A DNA stretch of 64,000 nt, from the IMG/VR virus record IMGVR_UViG_3300027659_000015, positions 1 through 64,000 of that record; one strand, 5' to 3'. Made by a program: the position numbers and the translations under genes. The notes beneath the pieces are model-generated. The model saw only the letters and a list, made by a program, of their open reading frames with translations. It was not told the origin of the DNA and searched no databases. This document shows, in pieces, positions 16,370 to 25,217 of this stretch; within the stretch, counting starts at the first letter, position 1, and every line of letters starts with the position of its first letter. The DNA comes from a virus.

Positions 16370-16986
16370 TTTTCAACTTTGAGGAAGGCTCTGGCTTCTC
16401 GGCCTTTGCCATGTTCAATGCGCTTAAACTTCATTTTACTACTGATTCTTACGATTATATTCGTTACCACGGAAAGTCCAATGTTACTGCCGATAATTTT
16501 GCCAACAGAAAGGACAAATATTCTTTCTATAAATTATCTCGTAAGTACCGACTGGAAGAATTAAAGAACTTCTATGTGTCAAACCTCCTAGAAAAAGATG
16601 TCAACTGGATCGGTGACATTAATAACCTAGATGGTGAAGAAACTTATAAGAAGTGGCAAAAAAGAAATCAGAGCTTGACATATCGCTTCGAACAAGATAT
16701 AATACACCTACTTAATGATGCACAATCACCAAATCAAATGTTGATGGTTGAAGATGGACAATATCCATCGTTGCTGAAAGAAGTAATGTATAGTAGTGTT
16801 GCGGTAGAAACCTTGGTTATATTGAATGACATTATGAATTTCTTTCCTATGTGGGACAAAAAGATTGCTGACACAATCGTATGGCCTTCTATGAGATTAA
16901 AATTTATAAAGTATACACCATTTATTGATTATGATAAGCCAAAGTTTACCACAATACTGAAGGAGTGTTTGAAAGAACACGCCTAA
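16366..16986 (+). CDS. gp59: helicase loader gp59
   Basis: ALKLHFT...YDY..Y.GK and RKDKY.FYKLS; synteny 33-59-32. Confidence 0.9.
   Translation: MIFNFEEGSGFSAFAMFNALKLHFTTDSYDYIRYHGKSNVTADNFANRKDKYSFYKLSRKYRLEELKNFYVSNLLEKDVNWIGDINNLDGEETYKKWQKRNQSLTYRFEQDIIHLLNDAQSPNQMLMVEDGQYPSLLKEVMYSSVAVETLVILNDIMNFFPMWDKKIADTIVWPSMRLKFIKYTPFIDYDKPKFTTILKECLKEHA
16675..16703 (+). promoter_or_regulatory. consensus sigma70 promoter inside gp59, upstream of gp32
   Basis: TTGACA-N17-TATAAT. Confidence 0.7.
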
Positions 16987-17015
16987 ATAAACCATATTAT
17001 GAATAATGTGGACAA

Positions 17016-17047
17016 TCCGTTAATACTCCGTTATATTCCGTTTATAC
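17016..17047 (+). repeat. three TCCGTT-containing direct repeats in the gp32 leader
   Basis: TCCGTT at 17016, 17027 and 17037, just upstream of the SD. Confidence 0.75.
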
Positions 17048-17063
17048 TAGAAAGGTAAAAATC

Positions 17064-17936
17064 ATGACAGATTTTTCAAAACTAAAAAAGAGTTCAGGCA
17101 ATCTGGACAAACTTACTAAAGCCATCGAGCAAATCTCAAGCTCATCAGAAGGTGGTAAATCCGACAAAGACAACTATTGGCGACCAGAAGTAGATAAAGC
17201 AGGTAATGGCCTTGCCGTTATTCGTTTTCTACCTGCTGCAGCAGTTGATGGTGATGATGGTCTTCCTTGGGCTAAAATCTTTGGTCATGGATTTCAAGGT
17301 CCAGGTGGTTGGTTAATCGATAATTGTTTGACTACTAAAGGTCAACAATGTCCAGTATGTGAACACAACAACAAGTTGTGGAACTCTGGTGTCGAAGCCA
17401 ACAAAGAAGTTGTACGTAAACAAAAGCGTAAACTCTCATACATTGCTAACGTGTATATCGTAAGTGATCCTAAGCATCCAGAAAACGAAGGACAAGTTAA
17501 ATTGTTCAAGTTTGGTGCCAAGATTTTCGAAAAGGTTACTGAGGCAATGAACCCACAGTTTGAAGATGAAACACCAATCAATCCATTTGATTTATGGAAA
17601 GGTGCCAACTTCAAGTTGAAGATTACTAAAGTTGCTGGTTATCAGAATTATGATAAGTCAGAATTCATGTCCTCTACACCATTGTTGGAAGATGATGATG
17701 AATTGGAAAAGATTTGGAAATCACAGCATTCGCTTACAGCGTTGACTGCTGATAAAGAATTCAAATCATATGATGACTTGAAGGCTCGTTTGGACAAAGT
17801 GTTGGGTGCTACTGATGTACCTAAAACTACTGTGGAAACTCTGAAGGCTGCACCTAAGAAGGCAGTAACAGCAGATATCTCAGAAGATGAGACAGATGAA
17901 GATTTGGCTTACTTCTCTAAGTTGGCTGAAAATTAA
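17064..17936 (+). CDS. gp32: single-stranded DNA-binding protein gp32
   Basis: DKAGNG.AVIRFLP, HGFQGPGGW..NC.TT....CPVC, NPFD.W.GANFKLK, YDKSEF and an acidic tail. Confidence 0.97.
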   Translation: MTDFSKLKKSSGNLDKLTKAIEQISSSSEGGKSDKDNYWRPEVDKAGNGLAVIRFLPAAAVDGDDGLPWAKIFGHGFQGPGGWLIDNCLTTKGQQCPVCEHNNKLWNSGVEANKEVVRKQKRKLSYIANVYIVSDPKHPENEGQVKLFKFGAKIFEKVTEAMNPQFEDETPINPFDLWKGANFKLKITKVAGYQNYDKSEFMSSTPLLEDDDELEKIWKSQHSLTALTADKEFKSYDDLKARLDKVLGATDVPKTTVETLKAAPKKAVTADISEDETDEDLAYFSKLAEN

Positions 17937-17954
17937 AAATTCCCATGCAAGTGC

Positions 17955-17978
17955 AACCCCGCTTCGGCGGGGTTTTTT
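17955..17978 (+). terminator. rho-independent terminator after gp32
   Basis: AACCCCGC-TTCG-GCGGGGTT-TTTT between convergent genes. Confidence 0.92.
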
Positions 17979-17983
17979 ATTGG

Positions 17984-19414
17984 TTAAACAACTCTCGTTG
18001 AATTGTATATTGTCCGTTGGAAAGTTTCTTCCATATTACGGACAGAAGGCATAACAATTTTCTTTTGTTGTGTTTGAGTTTTATTCACAACACTATTATT
18101 TGTTATTGTTGAATCAGTTGAATTTGTAACTGCCTGTAAATTCAATTTCATATTCTCATTTGTTTTGGCAGTTACAGCAGCTGATGTTGGTGCTGCTGTA
18201 ACTGGTTCTGCTGTTGAAGCCGGACCAATTAACTTAGGTGGTGATGTTTTTTCTGTATTTGCTGGTGATGCAGGTGCCGATAAATCTTTTCTTTTACCTG
18301 TTGTTGGATCATAATAGGCACCAAATTGTTCATCCCATTTAGCTTCTTTACTGGCTTTAGCAAGGCCTTGGCCGGCAAATATTGCTTTTGGTGTAACACT
18401 TGCTGCCATATCACTCATAGCGTTTCGTGCTTCTGGTACAGCAACTTGACCTGTTGCAATGGTGGCTTTTAATTTTTCTTCACCACCAGCAGCCAAGATT
18501 TCTTTTTTATCACCTCTATCTAAAATCTCTTGTGCTTTGGCTGGTCCTTCTTTGATAATGGATTCCAATTTTTCACGGCCACCAGCAGCATCAATATCTT
18601 TTTGACTTCCATTTTTTAAAATGTTGGCAGCTTCAGTTGGATCCAAAGCTTTCATATTTGATGTGTTCTTTGCTGCACTATCTAACAAGAACCATAAAGC
18701 AGCAAATCCAGAAACGGCAAGAAATGCAGGACTTAATAATAGACCTAACAGATTACTACTCATAAGTTTTAGTAGTGGTTTTAAATCTTTCACCCATTCA
18801 AAAACCCGCATGGATGTATCAATCATATCTTGAATCATTTGTTTGATACTATCAAAAATACCATCAAATAATCCTGGTCCTGATTTAACTTTACTAGCAG
18901 TTCCATTACCAAAGCCAACTTTTTCCAAGGTCTTTAATAGTTTTTTGTGCCGTCTTTCATCTTCATGTTTTTCACCTTCTCGGAGATTGTTTTCTTTCTC
19001 TCTAAGAATCATATCATCTTCATGGCTCTTGTGTAAGAATGTTAATATATCATCCAGAACTACTGACATTCCTGTAGTATCTTCACCACTACCTGGTAAT
19101 GAACCAATTCTTTTCTGCCGGCTTGTTACAGGTCGTGCACGACCAGCAAAGAACTCAATATCTTTTCTGGAACGACCCAACATTTTACCAAGAATAGCAG
19201 GACCTAAGCGGGAACCACCAGTAAGTATTTTAGCAATATTGAGTGGATCAAATTTCTGTTTGATACCAGTTATCTTCGCCTTTGTCTTTAATGATATAGT
19301 TTTACCAATGGCAGAACCATAACCTTCACCCATAATGAGTTGGTCAGCAAAAACGGAAGAAAGAGATTGTTCTCTTAATCTTTTGGCTTGTTGGTAATTT
19401 AGTTTATCATTCAT
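17984..19414 (-). CDS. tail/baseplate hub-associated protein, tape-measure-like
   Basis: Helical and low complexity with a central hydrophobic segment; downstream of the gp26 block. Confidence 0.55.
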   Translation of the reverse strand: MNDKLNYQQAKRLREQSLSSVFADQLIMGEGYGSAIGKTISLKTKAKITGIKQKFDPLNIAKILTGGSRLGPAILGKMLGRSRKDIEFFAGRARPVTSRQKRIGSLPGSGEDTTGMSVVLDDILTFLHKSHEDDMILREKENNLREGEKHEDERRHKKLLKTLEKVGFGNGTASKVKSGPGLFDGIFDSIKQMIQDMIDTSMRVFEWVKDLKPLLKLMSSNLLGLLLSPAFLAVSGFAALWFLLDSAAKNTSNMKALDPTEAANILKNGSQKDIDAAGGREKLESIIKEGPAKAQEILDRGDKKEILAAGGEEKLKATIATGQVAVPEARNAMSDMAASVTPKAIFAGQGLAKASKEAKWDEQFGAYYDPTTGKRKDLSAPASPANTEKTSPPKLIGPASTAEPVTAAPTSAAVTAKTNENMKLNLQAVTNSTDSTITNNSVVNKTQTQQKKIVMPSVRNMEETFQRTIYNSTRVV

Positions 19415-20949
19415 TTATTTTGACCCTTAGAGATTAATGCATTTGTTTCATTTGGTTTTGAAGTTGTGCCTTCTTCTGGTTTATTTGTATTCTGATTTAT
19501 AACACTTAGATTCTGTTGGTTTTCTACCTTTTGTTGTTGAGCATTAAGTTCTTTTTTACCGTCAGCATTTTCTTTAGATGATTGATTTAATTTTTCTCCA
19601 TTATCTTGTGATGCATGTGGTGACTTTAAACCGTGTTTATTTAATCTACCAGCTAATATACCTTCGAAACCTGAAGCTTTTATTGTTGCCAATTCTTTAT
19701 TCGTTTCACCGTGTACAGGATTAGGCAATTTAGCATCAAGTAATGCCTGTTGAACCGTCATATCGGAATCTTTTCTGTCATAGATTGCTTTAGCACCACC
19801 TGCGCCAATATAATGTGCCATGTATTCATAACCAGGAGTTGTTGGAACACCCAATCGTCTTAGTGTAGCAAGGTCTTGTTCATGCAACATATTAAAGAAT
19901 TTTTCTTGTACTTCTGGAGTAAATTTTGTGGTTTTGAGATCAAGTTTAGATTGTTGTACTAAGCCAGGCGCAAAATAATCTTTTCCAGTTTTATCTTTTT
20001 TAAATTGACCAAACAATGTTGAGTTCATAAATTGATATTTACCCATAGCACTAGTTGATGGTGAGATTTTATTTCTCTCTTTACCTAACATATCAACTTC
20101 TTCTAAAGTTAAATCAGTTAATTTTTTACCAAAACGTTTTTCTGGACTCATATTTTTGCCAGCAATAACATTTCCTTTTTTATCTACTTTATCACCAAAT
20201 GTAATATCATAATTTCCACCACCTTCCGCAGCACCAATTGCAGATGCTGCTGTACCAGTAACAACTGCTGTACCAGCAACTTTAGCTGCACTCGGTAAAA
20301 CTGATGGAGTTTCTTCTTTTTTTGCAGTAGTCTTTGTTACCTCTTGTGACTTTTTTGTTTCTTCTTTTTTAACTTTTTCAGCAGATTGTTCAGATTTCTT
20401 TTCTTCTACCTTTTTCTCTGGTGGTTTCTTTTCAGGTGGCTTCTTTTCTTCTACCTTTTTCTCTGGTGGTTTCTTTTCAGGTGGTTTCTTTTCTTCTACC
20501 TTTTTCTCTGGCTCTTTTTTCTCTGATGGTTTCTTTTCTTCAGGTTTCTTTTCTTCAGGTTTCTTTTCTTCAGGTTTCTTTTCTTCAGGTTTCTTTTCTT
20601 CAACCTTCTTTTCTTTTTTTACTTTTGGTGGTTTTGGTGGCTTACGAGCAGTTAACGCCTTGATGATTTCATTATTGCGTCTATCTTTTTCGTGTTTCTG
20701 TTCTTCAATATAAGAACTTGCCATTTCTTGTGTGGCTTTACGATCCTCATCCATAAGTTTCATCATCTTGAAGATTTCACCCAATGTCTCGGTTGGACCT
20801 GAAGGATGTGGTATGACGTTTTCTGGTTTCTTGGTGAATAATTTTCCGACAGACGAAGCCACCTTCTTGGCACCACCAAGAGCAGATTTACCGACACGAC
20901 TAAACATCGAGCTGGCTTTTTTCTTTGTATCGTCCGAAGGTTTTGCCAT
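19411..20949 (-). CDS. hub/tape-measure-associated protein with a KKPEE repeat linker and a lysozyme-like muramidase domain
   Basis: AEGGGNYD, TLEEV, SAMGKYQF...TL, FTPEVQE and YMAHYIGAGGA. Confidence 0.7.
   Translation of the reverse strand: MAKPSDDTKKKASSMFSRVGKSALGGAKKVASSVGKLFTKKPENVIPHPSGPTETLGEIFKMMKLMDEDRKATQEMASSYIEEQKHEKDRRNNEIIKALTARKPPKPPKVKKEKKVEEKKPEEKKPEEKKPEEKKPEEKKPSEKKEPEKKVEEKKPPEKKPPEKKVEEKKPPEKKPPEKKVEEKKSEQSAEKVKKEETKKSQEVTKTTAKKEETPSVLPSAAKVAGTAVVTGTAASAIGAAEGGGNYDITFGDKVDKKGNVIAGKNMSPEKRFGKKLTDLTLEEVDMLGKERNKISPSTSAMGKYQFMNSTLFGQFKKDKTGKDYFAPGLVQQSKLDLKTTKFTPEVQEKFFNMLHEQDLATLRRLGVPTTPGYEYMAHYIGAGGAKAIYDRKDSDMTVQQALLDAKLPNPVHGETNKELATIKASGFEGILAGRLNKHGLKSPHASQDNGEKLNQSSKENADGKKELNAQQQKVENQQNLSVINQNTNKPEEGTTSKPNETNALISKGQNK
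20396..20602 (-). repeat. in-frame tandem repeats (15-nt and 45-nt units) encoding KKPEE/KKPPEKKVEE
   Basis: TTCTTTTCTTCAGGT x4 at 20531-20590; 45-nt units at 20396 and 20441. Confidence 0.9.
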
Positions 20950-20950
20950 T

Positions 20951-21139
20951 TTACTTTCTTAGTTTTTCTTTTATCTTCTGGTTCTCTTCCTCAATATACT
21001 GTATCAGCATTGCAACATATATGTCCCTCTCCCATGGCATCATATTATCTAGTTCTGTCAAACTGTACTTATGGTGTTGCATCAAAGAAAAATTAGTTTT
21101 ATAATAATTCTTTAAATCGTCATGGCGAAAGGTTATCCG
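20951..21139 (-). CDS. gp51: gp51-like hub assembly ORF in the -1 frame of gp26 (not in the ORF track)
   Basis: RITFRHDDLKNYYKTNFSLMQHHKYSLTELDNMMPWERDIYVAMLIQYIEEENQKIKEKLRK*; first ATG only at 21082, without SD. Confidence 0.8.
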   Translation of the reverse strand, partial: RITFRHDDLKNYYKTNFSLMQHHKYSLTELDNMMPWERDIYVAMLIQYIEEENQKIKEKLRK

Positions 21140-21858
21140 AAAAAACTTTCGAGTCCCTCCACATTAATCACATGATGGAAACCACACTTGGTACAAGTCA
21201 TTTCGACTTTTTCTTTTAACTTTGGTAAGTTATTAAAGAATTCTTCAATCTTCATAAATTGTTCTTGGTTCATACCTTCAACAAACTGTACCATCTCAGC
21301 AATTGGTGTCTCATGTCCATAATAGAACTGTTCACCATCATAGATGTATTCAATACTTTGTGCCAGCATATTAAAGGTAATATCAGTATCACTTTCCATA
21401 TTGATAGAATCTTTGACAATACCAAACTCAGGGTATTTCATCTTAATCATTAATTTGTCGGTGAGTTGAATCTCCGGTGAAATTTTTTCATCGATTTCAA
21501 CCTTGACATTTAGCAAATTCAGATTTGACTCCATTAGGTTGTTACATTCTTTTTCATTCACAACATTGTTACAACGGTACTTTGAATCAACAACTTCACC
21601 AACAGATTTTGCTCTAAGGTTGATGAAATAGAATTCAACGTCAACTATAGGTAACTTCTCAATATCTACACCTTCAGTCAAGGTACAATTATAAAGAATG
21701 TCACGAATAGCAGAATGTGCGGCTGAAGAATCATCTGACTCCATAGCCATCAATAAGTTTCTTTGTTCTTTTACAAGAAACGGTCGATAACGAATTTGTT
21801 TTTTGGAAACTGGTAATGTGATATCATATGTTGGCACATCAATTTTTGGTAAAGCCAT
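21133..21858 (-). CDS. gp26: baseplate hub assembly protein gp26-like
   Basis: MALPKI..P.Y...LP.S...I.YRPFLVKE, RAKSVGE, CxxC and the EGLESFF end. Confidence 0.88.
   Translation of the reverse strand: MALPKIDVPTYDITLPVSKKQIRYRPFLVKEQRNLLMAMESDDSSAAHSAIRDILYNCTLTEGVDIEKLPIVDVEFYFINLRAKSVGEVVDSKYRCNNVVNEKECNNLMESNLNLLNVKVEIDEKISPEIQLTDKLMIKMKYPEFGIVKDSINMESDTDITFNMLAQSIEYIYDGEQFYYGHETPIAEMVQFVEGMNQEQFMKIEEFFNNLPKLKEKVEMTCTKCGFHHVINVEGLESFFG
21139..21160 (-). promoter_or_regulatory. candidate programmed -1 frameshift signal
   Basis: Slippery T-TTT-TTC (21145-21139), with GGAGG (21160-21156) 10 nt upstream. Confidence 0.65.
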
Positions 21859-21876
21859 AATAACTCCTTAATTTAA

Positions 21877-22407
21877 TCAAAATATAGAATTGTTTCTCCA
21901 ATAGGTATAGGCAAAGGTAACGGATAATTTATGTATACCGTCATTATTCCAATCCAAATCTAATTGGTTTACAGAAACAGGAAAAGCCTCAAACAAATCA
22001 ACAGAGTATGACATTTTGTTTGAAACATCATACTGATTGATTGTAATAGTTGTGGAATATTCATCCTTGTATGCGTAGTTGTTGTTTAGATATGGATTGA
22101 TAAAATCAAACCAAGCATCAAACATATACTTTTGCTTCATATCATCGTCAACCAAGAATGTAAGGTCGATATCTGTATATGATGTTAGGTGTGGATATTT
22201 TTCAATTGGACCATAAGTCTTTTGTTCGTGCATTTCAAATGTACGGCCAGGTAAAACAGCATTCTCACACCTGTACATCAAGCTTCTACTTGTAACCAAT
22301 GGTGTACCAAATAGAATAACTGGAACAGGAATAAGAACATCGAATCTGCTTGGCCTTGCTAAATCGGTTGTAAAACTTGCTTTGAAGTCATTAATTGAAC
22401 CTACCAT
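21877..22407 (-). CDS. gp54: tail tube-fold protein (gp54 tube initiator / gp19-like)
   Basis: ARPSRFDV, CENAVLPG, LFEAFP.SV..LDL.W and LSVTFAY.YW. Confidence 0.75.
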   Translation of the reverse strand: MVGSINDFKASFTTDLARPSRFDVLIPVPVILFGTPLVTSRSLMYRCENAVLPGRTFEMHEQKTYGPIEKYPHLTSYTDIDLTFLVDDDMKQKYMFDAWFDFINPYLNNNYAYKDEYSTTITINQYDVSNKMSYSVDLFEAFPVSVNQLDLDWNNDGIHKLSVTFAYTYWRNNSIF

Positions 22408-23028
22408 TTATGAGTTCCTTATTTCTTGTACTGATTCTTTCCACACATCTTGTGGCTTGGCTTTCTTAAATTGTTGTATTGGTAAGAATACAGCAATATC
22501 CCATTCATTATGTTCAACGGAAAGAATCCTGGACTTAACATGGCTGTAAAGATACTGTTTGATACAAGGTCTGAATTCTTTTAGTTTGGATGACGCATCC
22601 AACATCGGATACGTTATTCGGAGTCTCTTAATCTCGTCCTCATCATTATACATAGCATATGGCAATAATTTTTTGAGAAAATTAATACGATATCTAAGTG
22701 GTAAGTAATGTAAATTAAGTCCTATAAAACCATCAGATGTTCGTTTGAGTGGTATAACCAAAGGAAATCTGTCATAATATGGTAATTCTGCCTTACCTTT
22801 TGGATCATATACAAAAAAGTATAAACCACCCATCAAAAACTTTTGTCTATCGTTTGGTCTTATATAACGGTTTGTCTCTTTTGTCATAAGATTGGACATT
22901 GCTGCTGGATTTCGTAACGTAGAAATCTTTTGCATTAACCATTTATAAGATTCTCGACTATTCGTTTGATAGCTGAGTTCTGCTTTTTGTTCAGATAATG
23001 TGGTGAGTATTGATGGTCTTATTGTCAT
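22408..23028 (-). CDS. gp2: DNA end protector protein gp2
   Basis: YDPK.K..LPYYDRFPLV, GLNLHYLP, PCIKQYL.SHV.S and FLP.QQF.K. Confidence 0.92.
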   Translation of the reverse strand: MTIRPSILTTLSEQKAELSYQTNSRESYKWLMQKISTLRNPAAMSNLMTKETNRYIRPNDRQKFLMGGLYFFVYDPKGKAELPYYDRFPLVIPLKRTSDGFIGLNLHYLPLRYRINFLKKLLPYAMYNDEDEIKRLRITYPMLDASSKLKEFRPCIKQYLYSHVKSRILSVEHNEWDIAVFLPIQQFKKAKPQDVWKESVQEIRNS

Positions 23029-23032
23029 GGAC

Positions 23033-23038
23033 TATTTA
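23033..23038 (-). promoter_or_regulatory. late promoter for gp2
   Basis: cTAAATA on the minus strand, 4 nt before the ATG. Confidence 0.6.
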
Positions 23039-23039
23039 G

Positions 23040-23474
23040 TTAGAGGCCTAGGTGGTCTTCTGTCATCAACATGAATTTCCATCCACGGTCAAGGCAATAT
23101 TCTGTTGCTGCCTTCCACTTAGCTTGATTAACACCCCATGTAACCACTTCATTAATATATTGTTTAGTTACTCGTTTCTTTTTTTCTGGTTCTTGTGTTT
23201 GTTTTTTTGGTTTAACTTCAATCATCATTGTTTTGGTTGAACCATCTTTTCCACGGGATTTAACTACGAAATCTGGAAAGTATCTGTGCATTCTACCATC
23301 TACTGGAGACCTGTATGGAATGATTACCTCTTCTGAAGCCCATGATAATATGTCTGGATTTTTGTCGAGCCAGTTCATCACTCTACATTCCCAAGAAGAG
23401 CGATATATGATTTTTGTGTGGTCCCCAACATATTTGTGAGGATTATTAGGTCTAAATGTTCCAGAATACGCCAT
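23040..23474 (-). CDS. gp4: head completion nuclease gp4
   Basis: YRSSWE, WASEE..IPY.SP.D...HRYFPDF, IEVKP and NQAKW.AA. Confidence 0.95.
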   Translation of the reverse strand: MAYSGTFRPNNPHKYVGDHTKIIYRSSWECRVMNWLDKNPDILSWASEEVIIPYRSPVDGRMHRYFPDFVVKSRGKDGSTKTMMIEVKPKKQTQEPEKKKRVTKQYINEVVTWGVNQAKWKAATEYCLDRGWKFMLMTEDHLGL

Positions 23475-23479
23475 AAATA
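23474..23479 (+). promoter_or_regulatory. late promoter for the baseplate operon
   Basis: caTAAATA at the divergent gp4/gp48 junction. Confidence 0.65.
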
Positions 23480-23508
23480 GTATATATAACTTTTTTAAAG
23501 ATAGAACA

Positions 23509-24618
23509 ATGGCATTCGAACTACAAGAACAAAAGTCAGACGGAACATATCAAACTGTTGTCAATACAAATCAAAGTTCATATTACAATAGTGAATCTAC
23601 TGGTACAGAATATTCTTCAGATAATACTCCGATTGGTCCTAGTTTATCCGATTCTCTTGCTACTGGACCATTAAGTGCATTATTCAAATCAAAGTATAAT
23701 TATGATAGATTAGCATATCCAGCAGATTTGGGTTCTTCTGGTAAAGGACATATGGTACAGTTTGATGTTTATAACACACTTTCAACTGATATTAAGGACG
23801 TATCTACTTTTTTAACTACTCAAGCTAATAAATTATCGGCCGCTGCAACTTCTGTGTATAATGCAGGTGTGGGTGGTACAGTTCAAAATTTAGCTAATGA
23901 GGCAAAACAAGTTGTTGGACAAGCAATTGAATTATCGAATTCATTGGTCGAAAAAGGTTTAGATGGTGCATTAAACCAAGTAGTTGAAAGTGTGGTTGGT
24001 AAACAAACCGTTAGTGAATTTTTACAAACAAGAAAAGAACTTGTAAAAACAATGTATCTTTACATGCCAGATACTTTGGACTTCACATACTCAGCAACTT
24101 GGGACAAAACAGACCTAATGAAAGCGGCTGGTGCAGTACCGGTTGTTGGTGGTTTAGCGAGAGGTATTACCAGTATTATGGATAATGATGCGGTCAAATT
24201 AGCCATGAATAAATTTGGTTATGCATTTAATCCACAATCGCAAATGTTGTTTGAAGGTATAGATTTTAGAGCATACTCGATGTCATTTGTTTTTACACCA
24301 CGTTCAGCACAAGAAGCCAATATTGTAAAAGAAATAATTAAAACATTTAGAATGTTTGCTGCACCTACTGTTGTGAATGAAATTGGTGGTTTCTTTTTTA
24401 AGCCACCTGGTATTTTTGGAGTCAGTTTTTTCTCAGATGGTGCACCAAATTATAATATTAATAAATTGATGGATAGTGTGTTAGAATCAGTTGAAGTAAA
24501 TTATGCACCAAATGGTTGGTCAGCACACCGAGGTGGTAAACCAGTACAAACAACTATAACTTTAAGTTTCAAAGAAATGACATTGGTAGATAGAACAAAA
24601 ATTGAGAACGGTTATTAA
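23509..24618 (+). CDS. gp48: baseplate tail-tube cap gp48
   Basis: YPADL, LYMP, NPQ..MLFEG..FR...M.F.FTPRS..EA, VNYAPNG and L.FKE. Confidence 0.88.
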   Translation: MAFELQEQKSDGTYQTVVNTNQSSYYNSESTGTEYSSDNTPIGPSLSDSLATGPLSALFKSKYNYDRLAYPADLGSSGKGHMVQFDVYNTLSTDIKDVSTFLTTQANKLSAAATSVYNAGVGGTVQNLANEAKQVVGQAIELSNSLVEKGLDGALNQVVESVVGKQTVSEFLQTRKELVKTMYLYMPDTLDFTYSATWDKTDLMKAAGAVPVVGGLARGITSIMDNDAVKLAMNKFGYAFNPQSQMLFEGIDFRAYSMSFVFTPRSAQEANIVKEIIKTFRMFAAPTVVNEIGGFFFKPPGIFGVSFFSDGAPNYNINKLMDSVLESVEVNYAPNGWSAHRGGKPVQTTITLSFKEMTLVDRTKIENGY

Positions 24619-24619
24619 A

Positions 24620-25216
24620 ATGAAATACTTTAATACTTTACCAAAAATTGTAACTTCAGATTACAACAATAACACAATAGTTTTAACAAATTTATTGGCT
24701 CGAGCAAGTCTTATTGATAACTATTTGGATAATCCATTGATGTTTTATACATATGATATACAAGAAGGCGATACACCAGAAATTATTGCACACAAATATT
24801 ATGATGATCCTTATCGTTATTGGATAGTGTTAGTTTCAAATCAAGTATTAGATCCACAATGGAATTGGCCTTTGAATTCTGGCGTTTTTAACAAATATAT
24901 TGTAGATAAGTATACAACAATAAATCCATATTCAGATGTGCATCATTATGAAAAAATTATCACACAGTTTGATGTTGTAACTAAAACAACTACCAAAAAC
25001 ATAGTAGTTGTTGACCAATCAGCATATAATCTTGTAAATGAAAATACAAAGACAGTTACTTTACGAACAGGTAGTGTATCAGTAACAACATCAAAACGTG
25101 GTGTATCATTTTATGATTATGAACAAGAATTGAATGAGTCTAAACGTAATATTAAATTATTGAATAAAAATTATATGAACAATTTTGAATCACAGTTTTA
25201 TAAATTAATGAAATAA
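24620..25216 (+). CDS. gp53: baseplate wedge protein gp53
   Basis: MKYFNTLP, EGDTPE.IAHKYY...YWIV..N..DP..WP and NESKR.IKLL. Confidence 0.9.
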   Translation: MKYFNTLPKIVTSDYNNNTIVLTNLLARASLIDNYLDNPLMFYTYDIQEGDTPEIIAHKYYDDPYRYWIVLVSNQVLDPQWNWPLNSGVFNKYIVDKYTTINPYSDVHHYEKIITQFDVVTKTTTKNIVVVDQSAYNLVNENTKTVTLRTGSVSVTTSKRGVSFYDYEQELNESKRNIKLLNKNYMNNFESQFYKLMK

Positions 25217-25217
25217 C

